This document shows positions 1 through 10,389 of a stretch of 64,000 nucleotides of DNA, in pieces. The notes below the pieces were generated by a model. That model was not told the origin of the DNA. It searched no databases and saw nothing but the letters and a program-made list of their open reading frames with translations. Numbering within the stretch: position 1 is the stretch's first letter; each line of letters opens with the position of its first letter. This stretch comes from a virus. Both the position numbers and the translations under genes were made by a program. The stretch lies in the IMG/VR virus record IMGVR_UViG_3300017917_001274, positions 4,128 to 68,127 of that record; one strand, given 5' to 3'.

Positions 1-99
1 TGCCGGCCGGTGCAGCCATTGGAGCAGCGCCAGGCGCAGGAGGTGTTAGCTCTCTAAGCCTGGTTAACTCTGATTCAGATACTATGTTAGATAATTTCA

Positions 100-1533
100 T
101 TAACCTGCTAACACTTTCAACAAACGATTTTGATATTCGATGCTTTCACGTTGCTCGCGACCTTGATCGCCTACACCTGCTGCTGGTTCTGCAGCAGCAA
201 ACTCATCACCGATGTCGCCTGCGGGTTCTTCCTGATTCATCGCATCAGGCTCAGCTTCACCGCCAAACTCGTCAGCGCCAGCTTCTGGTTCTGCACCAAG
301 CATACCTGCCGCTTGCTCTTCACCAGTTAGTGTACGGACACCAGAACTTAGGGCTTCGCGTGTGGCTTTGAGATTCTCAAGAGCTTGTTGAATTGCTGGA
401 GCCACAGAGCTAATGAATGTCTTAGCTTGTTCTTGACCCATTTCATCACGGATGCTGTCGCCTAACTGTAGTAGTGTGTCATTTTCCATACCACTAAGTT
501 CTTCAATCCAGCGGCCTACTCTGTCTACCATTGTCTTGGCTGTAACGATCGCACTGGCCTGTTGGATCTCGCCTTCTTGTAACTTAGTCATATCTTCTCC
601 TGATTCTATTGACTCATTCTTTTCTTTGTTGTGTTGCTTCCACGCAGTGGCGTAAGCAATACCTTTTTCTTTCTTAGTTAGTTTGCCGTCACTGGCATAA
701 CCTTTCTTGATATGTTTGACCATACGTTCTGCTTTGGCACCTGGAGGTGCGCTTTCTACACCTAACTCACGTTTACGCTTTTCCATACCTTGCGGTGTAG
801 TTGCAGTTCTTTCTTTGTCTTTTTCAAGATCTTGTGATGTAACTTTCCAATCTTTATCGCCACTGGCTTTACGTTGATATGCTGGAATATCTACTTTCTT
901 TACAGCATCTTCATATTCGTTACCGTAATCACCGTAGTCTTCATCTGACCCAAACCCTGCCGACGCCATTGCATAGTTGTCATCAGTTTCGCCACCTTCG
1001 TCTGGATCTCTATCACTGTCACCGTAGTCTGATGTAATATTATCAAGCATACGATCATAAATTTCTTCAAAATCGTCATCTGGGTGTAAGCGAGCATCAA
1101 TTGAAACATCGTCATACATACCTTGCACTACTTTTTCAATCTCTGGACCATACTTGCCCATCTGCGCATCGTACAACATATCATAGTCGCCGTCTTGAGC
1201 AACTTTGTGTAAAAATTCTTCTACTTCGGTACTGTAACCTTCCTCAACATCAGCTGGACCAGCATCAGCTACAAATTCTTCACGCTCTGCAATTTCTGCA
1301 TTGATCGCATCTAACATCCATTGTGCCTGTGTTAACGCTTCGTTTTCTAAGTTTTCATTGAAACCGCTTTGGCTACGTGCAGTATGAATTTGTGTACGCA
1401 ATTTATTACGTGCATCTTCTAACTGTTGCAGATCAAAGCTTTCTAAGTTGATCCGTTTGCCAAAAGTTTTTTCGATAGATTCATTGATCTTACGAGCAGA
1501 TCTTGTGTTTTTAAATAGGTCTGTTGTTTTCAT
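100..1533 (-). CDS. Acidic late protein, probable virion/prohead core-like protein
   Basis: 477-aa ORF, very D/E-rich, with repeated x-x-E motifs (INES, VEEG, LQEG). TAAATA late-promoter motif upstream (~1560). Confidence 0.55.
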   Translation of the reverse strand: MKTTDLFKNTRSARKINESIEKTFGKRINLESFDLQQLEDARNKLRTQIHTARSQSGFNENLENEALTQAQWMLDAINAEIAEREEFVADAGPADVEEGYSTEVEEFLHKVAQDGDYDMLYDAQMGKYGPEIEKVVQGMYDDVSIDARLHPDDDFEEIYDRMLDNITSDYGDSDRDPDEGGETDDNYAMASAGFGSDEDYGDYGNEYEDAVKKVDIPAYQRKASGDKDWKVTSQDLEKDKERTATTPQGMEKRKRELGVESAPPGAKAERMVKHIKKGYASDGKLTKKEKGIAYATAWKQHNKEKNESIESGEDMTKLQEGEIQQASAIVTAKTMVDRVGRWIEELSGMENDTLLQLGDSIRDEMGQEQAKTFISSVAPAIQQALENLKATREALSSGVRTLTGEEQAAGMLGAEPEAGADEFGGEAEPDAMNQEEPAGDIGDEFAAAEPAAGVGDQGREQRESIEYQNRLLKVLAG

Positions 1534-1565
1534 AATTCCAGGGTCCAGATTGATACTATATTTAT

Positions 1566-1991
1566 TCAGATGCGAGCTAAACTTTCTGCACGATTTTTAG
1601 CAGTTATTGTTTTATCTCTGCTTTCGCAGTATCGTGCCCACAATACATCTGCACGATCATACTCTTGATTACTTATGGCTTTTTGATACTGCGATCGCAA
1701 CATTTGGCTGTCTACAAACCAACGACCATAGTCTTGATCAGCTTGATAGATTTGGTCTGTAATCAAAGAAGTTTTGCGAAACGCCAATAGGTTAGCTATC
1801 TTAATGGCCACTACATTTAGATATATTTCTTGATATATTGTTACGTTATTTCTAATGATATCTTTGATAGGACCATTGCTGACTATCAAAACGTCGCCAA
1901 CAAGAATACCCTCTTTGGTCTTAACAGGTATGATATTCTTAGCCAATTCTTGGCTAACTATCTGTTCTAATCTACGAGAAATTTGAGTCAT
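1566..1991 (-). CDS. Hypothetical phage protein
   Basis: 141-aa ORF with a TAAATA motif upstream (~2013). Confidence 0.6.
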   Translation of the reverse strand: MTQISRRLEQIVSQELAKNIIPVKTKEGILVGDVLIVSNGPIKDIIRNNVTIYQEIYLNVVAIKIANLLAFRKTSLITDQIYQADQDYGRWFVDSQMLRSQYQKAISNQEYDRADVLWARYCESRDKTITAKNRAESLARI

Positions 1992-2032
1992 AAAAAAAGG
2001 ACCTATGGTCCTTATTTAAGTGCGTATATTTC

Positions 2033-2350
2033 TTAATGAAATATTTTTACGAGGGAATCAAAATGTCCAGATACAAAACCCAATACTGCTACTGCACCCA
2101 TGACCATATAAACCCATTTTTGTTTAAATTGTTGTAATTCGCTGATCTTGGCATCTAATTCTGTATGAGTTGATTTAATAGATGCTGCTAATTCTGCATG
2201 TTGAGTACAAGATGCATCATACATTTGATCAAGTCGGCGAGTAATGCCTGCACCCAGCTGATTTACATCAACTTTAACTTCATCTAATTTTTCATCTAAG
2301 TTAGCTACCTGTACTTCTACAACGCTAACACGCTCAGCTACTGTTGGCAT
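2033..2350 (-). CDS. Coiled-coil protein with C-terminal TM helix (holin/XhlA-like architecture)
   Basis: Heptad-like N-terminus, hydrophobic WVYMVMGAVAVLGFV near the C-terminus, AGGAGA RBS. Confidence 0.5.
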   Translation of the reverse strand: MPTVAERVSVVEVQVANLDEKLDEVKVDVNQLGAGITRRLDQMYDASCTQHAELAASIKSTHTELDAKISELQQFKQKWVYMVMGAVAVLGFVSGHFDSLVKIFH

Positions 2351-2434
2351 TCAGCCATCTCCTTGGTTAAGTCAAGTTCCCGCGAGGGACATGTGCCTAA
2401 TAAGAATGCCTGTTTGTTTGCCTATATAATATAT

Positions 2435-2839
2435 TTATCCGATTTGGTCAATTTGGGTTATCCAAATATTGACATTTTTACCTTTTGTCTGAAAGGCAGC
2501 TGGATTAAGATCAACTGTATTATTTAGTTGATCAATTATAGGAACATTATGCAGATCTTCGATAAGAAGCCCTACAGCATCGTCGTCTTTTAAAAATACA
2601 TCTTCGCGTTCTACATCAAACTCCCAAGACCAGTGATTGGCCTTGCCTACTAACGGTAATGGCAAGGATCCGGAATGGCGTTTTGGATCAACTTCCCAGG
2701 TTACGTTAGATCTAAGTCCTATAGCTTGAATTAATGAATTAAAGTTGGCCTGCTGACCTAATTTAACTTTGTCAGTTTCATTTCTTACAGGATTAGATCT
2801 GGTAATGTCCACCAGAGTAACTATTTTGTATCTTGGCAT
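2435..2839 (-). CDS. Hypothetical phage late protein
   Basis: 134-aa ORF with TAAATA upstream. Confidence 0.6.
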   Translation of the reverse strand: MPRYKIVTLVDITRSNPVRNETDKVKLGQQANFNSLIQAIGLRSNVTWEVDPKRHSGSLPLPLVGKANHWSWEFDVEREDVFLKDDDAVGLLIEDLHNVPIIDQLNNTVDLNPAAFQTKGKNVNIWITQIDQIG

Positions 2840-2863
2840 AATGTGCTGTTATTTATGGCCAAT

Positions 2864-2891
2864 AAAAAAGGGCGGAATAAATCCGCCCCTT
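2864..2891 (-). terminator. Intrinsic terminator
   Basis: GGGCGGA-TTTAT-TCCGCCC hairpin followed by a T-run on the minus strand, after ORF 2910-3293. Confidence 0.75.
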
Positions 2892-2909
2892 ACTTCCCAT
2901 CCCTGAGAA

Positions 2910-3293
2910 TTAAACAGCTAAAGCGTAAGTTGCTGTAGTTGTAATAGTGAAGTTAGTTACTGGAGTTGCATTCAAAGTACCTGTACCTTGCAATAGAACG
3001 TTTACAGGATCTGTACCGTCGAAGTCGCTGATACCAACTACTGTGAAAGCGTCTGGACCGTTGGTGTCAGAACCGTTACCAGAACCGCCAGCTTGTGTGA
3101 TAGCCTTTAGAACTGCTACTAATTCTGCTTCAGTCATATCGCTACCGCCATCTTTAACGATGCTAACAGCTAACAAACGACCGCTTAGACCTTGTGTGTT
3201 AACGATTTGCTCAAAGTTTGCTGTTGCGCGAGCTGCTGTGATTTCTGCACCGGCGTTGTCATACGCTTGTGCTACTGTTGATAGATCTGCCAT
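2910..3293 (-). CDS. Small A/T/G-rich probable virion structural protein
   Basis: 127 aa, biased codon usage, own late promoter, AAGGAGA RBS and terminator. Confidence 0.55.
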   Translation of the reverse strand: MADLSTVAQAYDNAGAEITAARATANFEQIVNTQGLSGRLLAVSIVKDGGSDMTEAELVAVLKAITQAGGSGNGSDTNGPDAFTVVGISDFDGTDPVNVLLQGTGTLNATPVTNFTITTTATYALAV

Positions 3294-3378
3294 GATATTT
3301 TCTCCTTAATCAATGATCCCGCTCCGGGACCGGCATTATTATTTATATTTTGGAAGAAAAATCAGGTGTTTTGAGCTA

Positions 3379-4596
3379 TTAATCGGCTCGATATGGCTGC
3401 CAACGATCTCTGGGCACAAGTTTTACGCTGTCTTTGCCCTTGACATATCCTTCTCCGCCGGGCTTGCCACCAGTGTTGGCAGTGATGTCACCTTCTGCTT
3501 GATCAAGCTCTCGTATAACTTCATCCTTGGCTTTCATTAACTCACGCACTAAGAAAAATAAGTTATCTAATGCTCCTGCGTTGGCTGCAGAAAGCTGTGA
3601 TATTTTCTGTTGTTTTCCAGCGGATACTTTACTGCTGCCCAGCCATTGGAAAAAGCTGTCAGAGTCTAATTTGTCCAGTGCTTTGGCTCTGCTCTGTTGA
3701 TTGACAAATGTATAGATTATAGTCTGTAAGTCGCTGAGACCGGGCTGCGGTGTCAGTAGTTTGTCTATGCTGGTCACACTTTGATTGGCAACCTTGGTAA
3801 TGTTTTTTATATTGTCTACATTTACCGCAGGTCTGTGACTTACATACGTCTGCCCAAATATCGCTAACTCTGGGTTAGCAGCAAATAATTCTGGGCTGGT
3901 AAAAGGCTCTCCGCTCTTGTCACCGAAATAACTGTACTGTTGATGAGCAGCCACGGCTACCTTTGCCTTGGCTATCTTTCTTCCCACTTCTGAATTGCCT
4001 TTGACAGCATAGGTAGTCTGATTAGGAGTAAAAGTTATCCTACCATCTGCACCTTGATAAGGTTTGCCTGGATGGAATAGAATATCACCGTAGACATATC
4101 CTCTGAAGTCTTTGGGAGTTGCTCGTTCAAATACACCCCACATGTCGGCCATGTCTGAAGCAAACTTCTCACGCCAGTCCTCACCTTTGCCTCTGCTGAG
4201 AATAAACTGTTTGAGATCCTCTGGTGAACTGCTCTTGCCTTCTTCACGACCCCAGTTGTTCTTGCCAACCATACGGAAGGTACCGTCATCATCTCTGCCC
4301 CAATAGACTGTAGGATTACCATCCCACTTGATGGCAACATCTGATGAATCCTGCGCAAGGTTGTTTAGGATTTCTATGGCACGCAGAGCACCTTTGGGTT
4401 CTGTGAAAACTAAATCTTCTAAGTGATTAAACTCTCTGCCCACTTTCTTAGGAGCAGGTGCTTCTTCGTTTACTGATTCGTTTTTCTTACGGCCAGCACA
4501 GTGCGCCTTCTGACTAAATCCTTTTGGATTAGAACAGTTGATAGAGCGTTTGTATTTTTGGCTCCACTTCTCAGTTAGGAATTCCCATGATCTCAT
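3379..4596 (-). CDS. DUF6267-like protein with KxDG covalent nucleotidyltransferase (ligase-like) motif
   Basis: HLEDLVF...AIKWDGNP motif. True start is probably MRSWEFLTE (ATGA overlap with the upstream stop). Confidence 0.5.
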   Translation of the reverse strand: MRSWEFLTEKWSQKYKRSINCSNPKGFSQKAHCAGRKKNESVNEEAPAPKKVGREFNHLEDLVFTEPKGALRAIEILNNLAQDSSDVAIKWDGNPTVYWGRDDDGTFRMVGKNNWGREEGKSSSPEDLKQFILSRGKGEDWREKFASDMADMWGVFERATPKDFRGYVYGDILFHPGKPYQGADGRITFTPNQTTYAVKGNSEVGRKIAKAKVAVAAHQQYSYFGDKSGEPFTSPELFAANPELAIFGQTYVSHRPAVNVDNIKNITKVANQSVTSIDKLLTPQPGLSDLQTIIYTFVNQQSRAKALDKLDSDSFFQWLGSSKVSAGKQQKISQLSAANAGALDNLFFLVRELMKAKDEVIRELDQAEGDITANTGGKPGGEGYVKGKDSVKLVPRDRWQPYRAD

Positions 4597-5381
4597 TTTA
4601 CGATATCGATCATTTGACGCATCCAACCAATTGTGCCTGGTTGGTAGCTTTCTATAGTTTCATTCTTAGGTAATTCAATTCCTGAACGACCCAATGTTTC
4701 TCTGGCTGCAGATACAAGTTCTTCGTAGTTAGGCAGTTTTCTGATATACTTAATAATTGCTTCAACTGAACGAATATCTTTTACCGTAGCTGTCTGACCT
4801 AATAGCTGTTTAGCAATAGTATTCCAATCGTCGCCGCCTGGAACTGTTTCATCTGTTTCTGGATTCATTAAACCAAACTTAGGTGAATACTTCATGCCTC
4901 TGGCACGAGCAATAGAACTTAGTAATATGTGACGATGTTCACCTCTGAAAGGGCTGTCTGCGAGACTGCCTATCATGCTCATCTGTTGAAACTTAGGATT
5001 GGCTGAGAACATGAAATCTGTCTGTGCAAATCCGTTCTCCGGATTACCGTCAATGGGAGTTTTTAAATGTACGTTATCACCGGATAACTTTACGCTGTCT
5101 TTGCCAAATATTGTTCTAAGTTTTTCTGCGAATTCTGTTTTGTTAATTTCATTAGCATCCACTGACAGATCAAGATCGCCCGAATCTGCCTTGCGTCCGG
5201 TGGTTCCTAACCATTTGATGGGCACACCCTCTTCATCTTTGTCAGTGCTGAAATCTACACCTGTTTGCTTTTCAAGATAGGCGATAGTGGTGGGGATCTC
5301 TGCTCGTGTGATTCTGCGAGTTAAAGGTTGCTTATCGGCGCCTTTGAAAACATTGCCGCCTTCAAATAATTCATTCGTCAT
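4593..5381 (-). CDS. Pol-beta-superfamily nucleotidyltransferase-like protein
   Basis: LGTTG-x4-SGDLDL plus a downstream QTDFM acidic residue, fitting the hG[GS]x(n)DxD signature. Confidence 0.55.
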   Translation of the reverse strand: MTNELFEGGNVFKGADKQPLTRRITRAEIPTTIAYLEKQTGVDFSTDKDEEGVPIKWLGTTGRKADSGDLDLSVDANEINKTEFAEKLRTIFGKDSVKLSGDNVHLKTPIDGNPENGFAQTDFMFSANPKFQQMSMIGSLADSPFRGEHRHILLSSIARARGMKYSPKFGLMNPETDETVPGGDDWNTIAKQLLGQTATVKDIRSVEAIIKYIRKLPNYEELVSAARETLGRSGIELPKNETIESYQPGTIGWMRQMIDIVK

Positions 5382-5652
5382 TTTCGTCTTGATTCTTGGA
5401 TTGTCGTTTGCTTTCTACTATTTTGCGTATACCACGTGTGAACTTGGCAGTGTCCTGACCACGAATAGCATTGATAAATCTACGCTCGAGCTCATCTGCC
5501 TGCTCTGGAGTATAGTTTTTATGAATGCTTTCCAATAGGTTAATCGCAGAATTGATAATGTTAGTGGCTCGGCTTTCAAATAATGCGTCTTTGTTACGCA
5601 CTTCTGCCAGCTCATTCAATTCCTGCAGTATGGATCTTGTTCTAAGTTTCAT
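5371..5652 (-). CDS. Hypothetical phage protein
   Basis: 93-aa ORF coupled to the next gene, with TAAATA upstream. Confidence 0.6.
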   Translation of the reverse strand: MKLRTRSILQELNELAEVRNKDALFESRATNIINSAINLLESIHKNYTPEQADELERRFINAIRGQDTAKFTRGIRKIVESKRQSKNQDENDE

Positions 5653-5788
5653 TAGGTACCCGGTTTGTTTATATATTTAACTCAATTTAATCATATTGTA
5701 AACTATTCTTAGAATTATGTCAAAAACTCAGTATTTGCCATGATATTTTTCTCTCAGTATAAATACTGATACACACAAGGAGAGAGTA

Positions 5789-5911
5789 ATGTTTAAGAAA
5801 GTTCTATCATACATCTGGGAGTTTTTCTGTGCAGTGGGTCAAGCCAAATACGCTGCAGAATTAGCTCGTAATGGCAAATGGCGCGAAGCCCAGGAAGTTG
5901 CCTTAAAATAA
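5789..5911 (+). CDS. Small hypothetical protein (40 aa, not in ORF track)
   Basis: TATAAATA promoter at ~5758, ACACACAAGGAGA RBS, MFKKVLSYIWEFF...ALK*. Confidence 0.55.
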   Translation: MFKKVLSYIWEFFCAVGQAKYAAELARNGKWREAQEVALK

Positions 5912-6250
5912 TATGTTTTTCGAATTCGAAGAGGTCCCCTACAATGTTTGGGGACCTTGGCAAAACCAATGGGGTTATGTGACTTCTGTTGCTCAGTTCG
6001 ATCACGACGATATCATGCTAAAGAGCATAACTCCGTATAACAAAAAAATAGTTCAAAGATTCACTAATTGGGAATCTTGTCAACGAATGATAGAGCTTAT
6101 AGAACAGGATAGGAGATTCTAATGACACAGACACAATGGTGGCCCGTCACAGACGAAGAGTGGGAATGGTTAAACTCGCCCACAAAACAATCAAGAAATC
6201 ATTGATTTTATTTTCTAAGATATATATAATACACTCATACACAGGAGAAG

Positions 6251-6457
6251 TTGATGTTTACACCAGAACAATTAATTGACAATGTACAGAATGCCAAAAA
6301 GCAGGTAATCAGCACATTCGTAACACAAGAAGAAATTCAAAAAAGTTTACTACAACTCGTAGATGCACAGACAGCCTATTGCAAGACTTTGGCTCAAAAT
6401 GCCCTGCTGTTTAGTCAGCTTTTTGTAAAGAATTTTGCTGTCGGTTCAGCAAAATAA
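6251..6457 (+). CDS. Small helical protein, possibly phasin-like
   Basis: 68 aa with an amphipathic helical pattern and ACAGGAGA RBS. The family call is tentative. Confidence 0.35.
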   Translation: MMFTPEQLIDNVQNAKKQVISTFVTQEEIQKSLLQLVDAQTAYCKTLAQNALLFSQLFVKNFAVGSAK

Positions 6458-6497
6458 AGCAGTAAAATAGACACATTCACACACAAGGAGAAATATT

Positions 6498-6785
6498 ATG
6501 TCTAAAGATTTTCAATTTCCAGCACCAACAGATATGAAATTACCAGAAGTTAAATTCAACAAGAACGGTTACGAGATCCGTACAGAAATTCTCGAAATGG
6601 CCAAAGATTTAGTTGGTCAAGAGTTCAGCTACAAGTTTCAAGGTTGGGAACTATCTACCAAGCGTGATGACAAGACTGGTCAGATCGTATCTAAAGTTGA
6701 TATGCCTGAATTCCCAGGTTTAGATAAAGTTTTAGAAACTGCTGAAAAGATGTATAGTTTTGTAAACAACGGCAGCAAAAAATAA
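6498..6785 (+). CDS. Conserved-looking hypothetical phage protein
   Basis: 95 aa, strong RBS, followed by a terminator. Confidence 0.6.
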   Translation: MSKDFQFPAPTDMKLPEVKFNKNGYEIRTEILEMAKDLVGQEFSYKFQGWELSTKRDDKTGQIVSKVDMPEFPGLDKVLETAEKMYSFVNNGSKK

Positions 6786-6817
6786 TATTATCACTGCATA
6801 GCAGTTTATAAGAGTAA

Positions 6818-6846
6818 TAAAAAAGCACCCTTCGGGGTGCTTTTTC
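6818..6846. terminator. Bidirectional intrinsic terminator
   Basis: AAAAAAGCACCC-TTCG-GGGTGCTTTTT between convergent genes. Confidence 0.85.
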
Positions 6847-7551
6847 TTATGATCTAAGTTTGGCTAATTTCAAGGCTTGTAGTATTCTTATATACATCCA
6901 GCCAATGTCAAACTCCCACCATCGCTGACTGAACTTGGCATTGCTGCCGTCAGCATGATGATTGTTGTGCAGTTCTTCGCCGCCAATCCAAAAAGCGATT
7001 GGCCATAAGTTACGACTGGTATCTTTGGTGTTGGTGTTGCGGTAACCCCACCAATGACTGAGTCCGTTGATAACTCCTGCGGCAAAGAACGGAACCCATA
7101 TCATTTGAATACCCCACACCAACAGCCCCCACGGTCCAAAGAGCAATAAGTCTATGACTAACATAATAAGAATACCCAGGCGACTATGGGTGGAGTAAAC
7201 GTTGCGCTCGATCCAATCGTTGGGAGTATCTTTGCTCAACGATTCGACCATAGCAGAATCTTTGCTGGCAGAGTGATATAAAAAGGCACCGCCAAACAGC
7301 ACACGCCAGATGCCGTAGATCTGTGGGCTGTGAGGATCACCTGCTTGATCACTCTTCTGATGATGTCTGCGATGTATGGCCACCCATTGTTTAGTGACCA
7401 TGCCTGTGGTCAGCCATAACCAGAAGCGCATAAAATGATTCACTGCTGGATGAAACTGCACAGCCTTGTGTGTTTGTGATCTATGTAGATATAGAGTAAC
7501 ACAGGCTATGGTGATTTGTACCATCACCAAGGTGTATATAAGTTCTAACAT
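6847..7551 (-). CDS. Membrane fatty-acid (acyl-CoA delta-9-type) desaturase
   Basis: Three His boxes (HRSQTH, HRRHH, HNNHH), DPHSP, and WWEFDIGW. Confidence 0.9.
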   Translation of the reverse strand: MLELIYTLVMVQITIACVTLYLHRSQTHKAVQFHPAVNHFMRFWLWLTTGMVTKQWVAIHRRHHQKSDQAGDPHSPQIYGIWRVLFGGAFLYHSASKDSAMVESLSKDTPNDWIERNVYSTHSRLGILIMLVIDLLLFGPWGLLVWGIQMIWVPFFAAGVINGLSHWWGYRNTNTKDTSRNLWPIAFWIGGEELHNNHHADGSNAKFSQRWWEFDIGWMYIRILQALKLAKLRS

Positions 7552-8219
7552 TAGTATTTCCCAGAGGCCAAAACAATCTTGCAGATATGTTCTAAACGCT
7601 CGATGTGTTCAAAGGCTCGCCATGGACTTGTGTCTATGGCCACGACCCCGTGTCCTTTGATGCCAACTATATCGTACTTAATCTCGCCTGTTTCATGATT
7701 TAAACCCAAGTTTTTGTGGCAAGCGTCTGCTAATTCTTGGCTAATAGGCGGTACATCTGGTACGTTTGACGCTACTTTAGTGTAACGGCTAAGTTCTGGA
7801 AAACTATCAACTATGGTGCTGAGATCAATGCCCGCATGCATGGCCGCAATACAATAGGTAGGATGCACATGTACTACCACACGAACTTCGCCTTTATGTT
7901 GTCCTAATTCTTTCTGTAAGCCAAAGTGCAGGGGAATTTCTCCGCTGGGCTTGAGATTAGAGCTGATATCGCTGTAGGGCAGTTCTTTCCATCCCCAACG
8001 ATCTGCTAATAGTCCTGTGCCTGTTTCATTCCAACTATGAGGAGGTTTAATCAAGATCTTTTTAAATTGATCTGGCTGCAGAGTCTGCTTGCGAACACCC
8101 GACGGTGTTATATAAAAATGATCACGATCATGATGACGAATACTGACGTTGCCATCACGACTGGTGATCCAGTTACGCTTGTATGCTTCTACCATTATAT
8201 CACAAATTGTTTCTAACAT
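7551..8219 (-). CDS. Class II aldolase/adducin family protein
   Basis: GNVS, ITPSG, PSGE..LH, VHVHP and GHGV motifs. Start probably MLETICD. Confidence 0.85.
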   Translation of the reverse strand: MLETICDIMVEAYKRNWITSRDGNVSIRHHDRDHFYITPSGVRKQTLQPDQFKKILIKPPHSWNETGTGLLADRWGWKELPYSDISSNLKPSGEIPLHFGLQKELGQHKGEVRVVVHVHPTYCIAAMHAGIDLSTIVDSFPELSRYTKVASNVPDVPPISQELADACHKNLGLNHETGEIKYDIVGIKGHGVVAIDTSPWRAFEHIERLEHICKIVLASGKY

Positions 8220-8454
8220 TTTTATCCTCTCTGGCAAGTATGGGATCATTCCATACGTTGCGGTTATGTACTACTGATTCTTTTAGTAATCTTAAAGTTT
8301 TCTCTTTTGGAGTTTCAGTGAATACGAAATATAATGAATTTATAGGCGGTCTACCTGTGCTTTCATCGTACAATGTTTTGTATTCATAATAGGCAGTAAG
8401 CCAGATTACCCTTCCGCTGCTCATACGTCGAGGTAACCAGGCAAACTTACGCAT
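8200..8454 (-). CDS. Small hypothetical protein
   Basis: 84 aa, coupled to aceA. KFAWLPRR...IWL resembles ORF 63048-63287. Confidence 0.5.
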   Translation of the reverse strand: MRKFAWLPRRMSSGRVIWLTAYYEYKTLYDESTGRPPINSLYFVFTETPKEKTLRLLKESVVHNRNVWNDPILAREDKNVRNNL

Positions 8455-9668
8455 TAATGGAACTGATCCGCTTCTGTTGATGTGGCCAATGCTGTGGTTG
8501 ATGTTGCGCCAACTGCTGTGGCAATGGCGTCAAAGTAGGGAACACCTGCTTCACGCTGATGCTTGACCGTGGTAAAGCCTCTGTCCTGTGCGGCAAATTC
8601 ACGTTGCTGCATATCTGAATAGCCACGCATGCCTGTCTGTTGATAGGCCTCAGCCATTTCAAATGTAGCAAGGTTATTGCAGTGGAATCCAGCCAGGGTG
8701 ATGAACTGATAGGCATAGCCCATCTTGCCAATGTCTGCTTGGAAGCTCTCACATTGCTCTGGTGTTAGATACTTGCGCCAGTTGAAACTTGGTGAGCAGT
8801 TATAGGCCAATTGTTGATCGGGATATACTGCGTGGATGGCATCGGCAAACTTTTGAGCCTGCTCTAAATCAGGTGTAGAAGTTTCAAACCAGAGTAGATC
8901 TGCATAGGGAGCATAAGCAAGGCCACGAGCAATACAAGCATCCAATCCATTTTTAAAATGATAAAATCCTTCATCGGTTCTTCCCTTGTCATAGTCAATA
9001 AACGGTTGATCCACAGGATCGATGTCTGTGGTGATCAATGTGCCCGATTCTGCATCTGTACGAGCAAGGATCACGGTGTCAACTTCTGCGACATCTGCTG
9101 CCAAACGTGCGGCATTTAAATTACGGATAGCTTGACGAACAGGAATTAAAACCTTGCCACCTAAGTGTCCGCATTTCTTTTCTGAGGATAATTGATCTTC
9201 AAAGTGTACAGCAGCAGCGCCTGCTTCGATGCAACTCAGTGTCAGTTCATAGGCATTGAGTGCGCCACCAAATCCTGCTTCGCAGTCAGCGATGATGGGC
9301 AAATAATAATCTGTGTTACCTTCGCCTTCCAGTGTTTGGATCTGATCAGCACGACGCAGAGCATTGTTGATTTCTCGAACAACTTCTGGTACTGAGTTTA
9401 CTGGATAAAGTGATTGATCGGGATAAACACGACCTGATGTATTTGCGGCTGCGGCGACCTGCCAACCTGATAGATAAATTGCTTTGAGTCCAGCTTTGGC
9501 ATGTTGTACTGCCTGCTGTCCGTTGTATGCCCCCAGTGTGGGAACATAGGGTTCGTTAGCCAATAATTCACGCAATTTTGTTGCGCCCTTTTTGGCCAAT
9601 GTGTATTCAATTTTTAGGCTACCTTGTAGCTTTGCGACGTCTGCCTGTGTGTAATTACGCTTTTTCAT
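8454..9668 (-). CDS. aceA: Isocitrate lyase
   Basis: [37 protein letters not shown] catalytic motif, [19 protein letters not shown]-terminal STEADQF. Confidence 0.96.
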   Translation of the reverse strand: MKKRNYTQADVAKLQGSLKIEYTLAKKGATKLRELLANEPYVPTLGAYNGQQAVQHAKAGLKAIYLSGWQVAAAANTSGRVYPDQSLYPVNSVPEVVREINNALRRADQIQTLEGEGNTDYYLPIIADCEAGFGGALNAYELTLSCIEAGAAAVHFEDQLSSEKKCGHLGGKVLIPVRQAIRNLNAARLAADVAEVDTVILARTDAESGTLITTDIDPVDQPFIDYDKGRTDEGFYHFKNGLDACIARGLAYAPYADLLWFETSTPDLEQAQKFADAIHAVYPDQQLAYNCSPSFNWRKYLTPEQCESFQADIGKMGYAYQFITLAGFHCNNLATFEMAEAYQQTGMRGYSDMQQREFAAQDRGFTTVKHQREAGVPYFDAIATAVGATSTTALATSTEADQFH

Positions 9669-9761
9669 TTAGAATCTCCCTTAAAAGCCAAGTATTTATG
9701 GCAGAGCAGCAGGTCTTCTACAGGACTTGACAAAATCATTAACTGAGTATATAATAACAAT

Positions 9762-10346
9762 ATGAGAAAAATCATTTTAACAGACGCAGACGGTGTTTTA
9801 TTAGATTGGGAATTCGCTTTTGGAGTTTGGATGGAGCAACACGGATTCCAAAAACAAGACGAATGGCAGTTCAAATACGATATTGGCAAACGCTATGGCA
9901 TCGACAAAGAACAGGCTAAAAAGCTGATCAAAATGTTCAATGAATCGGCGCATATGGGATTCCTTCCTCCCTTGCGTGATGCCATGTTCTATGTAAAAAG
10001 ACTACACGAAGAACACGGTTACCAATTCCATTGTATCACATCAATGAGCGCAGATGAAAATGCACAAGAATTACGCAAAATGAATCTGCACAAGTTGTTC
10101 GGTGAAACTGCTTTCAGCAAATTTATCATTTTGGACACAGGTGCTGACAAAGATGAAGTCTTGGAAAAGTACCGAGACAAGGGCTACTGGTGGATCGAAG
10201 ACAAAATCACCAATGCTGTGGCTGGGCATAACGTAGGACTAAAACCCTTGCTGATGGAACACGGTCATAACATGGACTACGAACATCCAGAAATTCCACG
10301 TGTTAAAAATTGGAAAGAAATCTACGAACTAATCGTTAATGGATAA
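9762..10346 (+). CDS. HAD-family 5'(3')-deoxyribonucleotidase-like phosphatase
   Basis: DADGVLLDW motif I and WIEDK. Sigma70 promoter TTGACA-17-TATAAT at ~9728. Confidence 0.75.
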   Translation: MRKIILTDADGVLLDWEFAFGVWMEQHGFQKQDEWQFKYDIGKRYGIDKEQAKKLIKMFNESAHMGFLPPLRDAMFYVKRLHEEHGYQFHCITSMSADENAQELRKMNLHKLFGETAFSKFIILDTGADKDEVLEKYRDKGYWWIEDKITNAVAGHNVGLKPLLMEHGHNMDYEHPEIPRVKNWKEIYELIVNG

Positions 10347-10389
10347 CTGCGTACATTATTATAAATAACCCTGTAACAAGGAGAATCTT

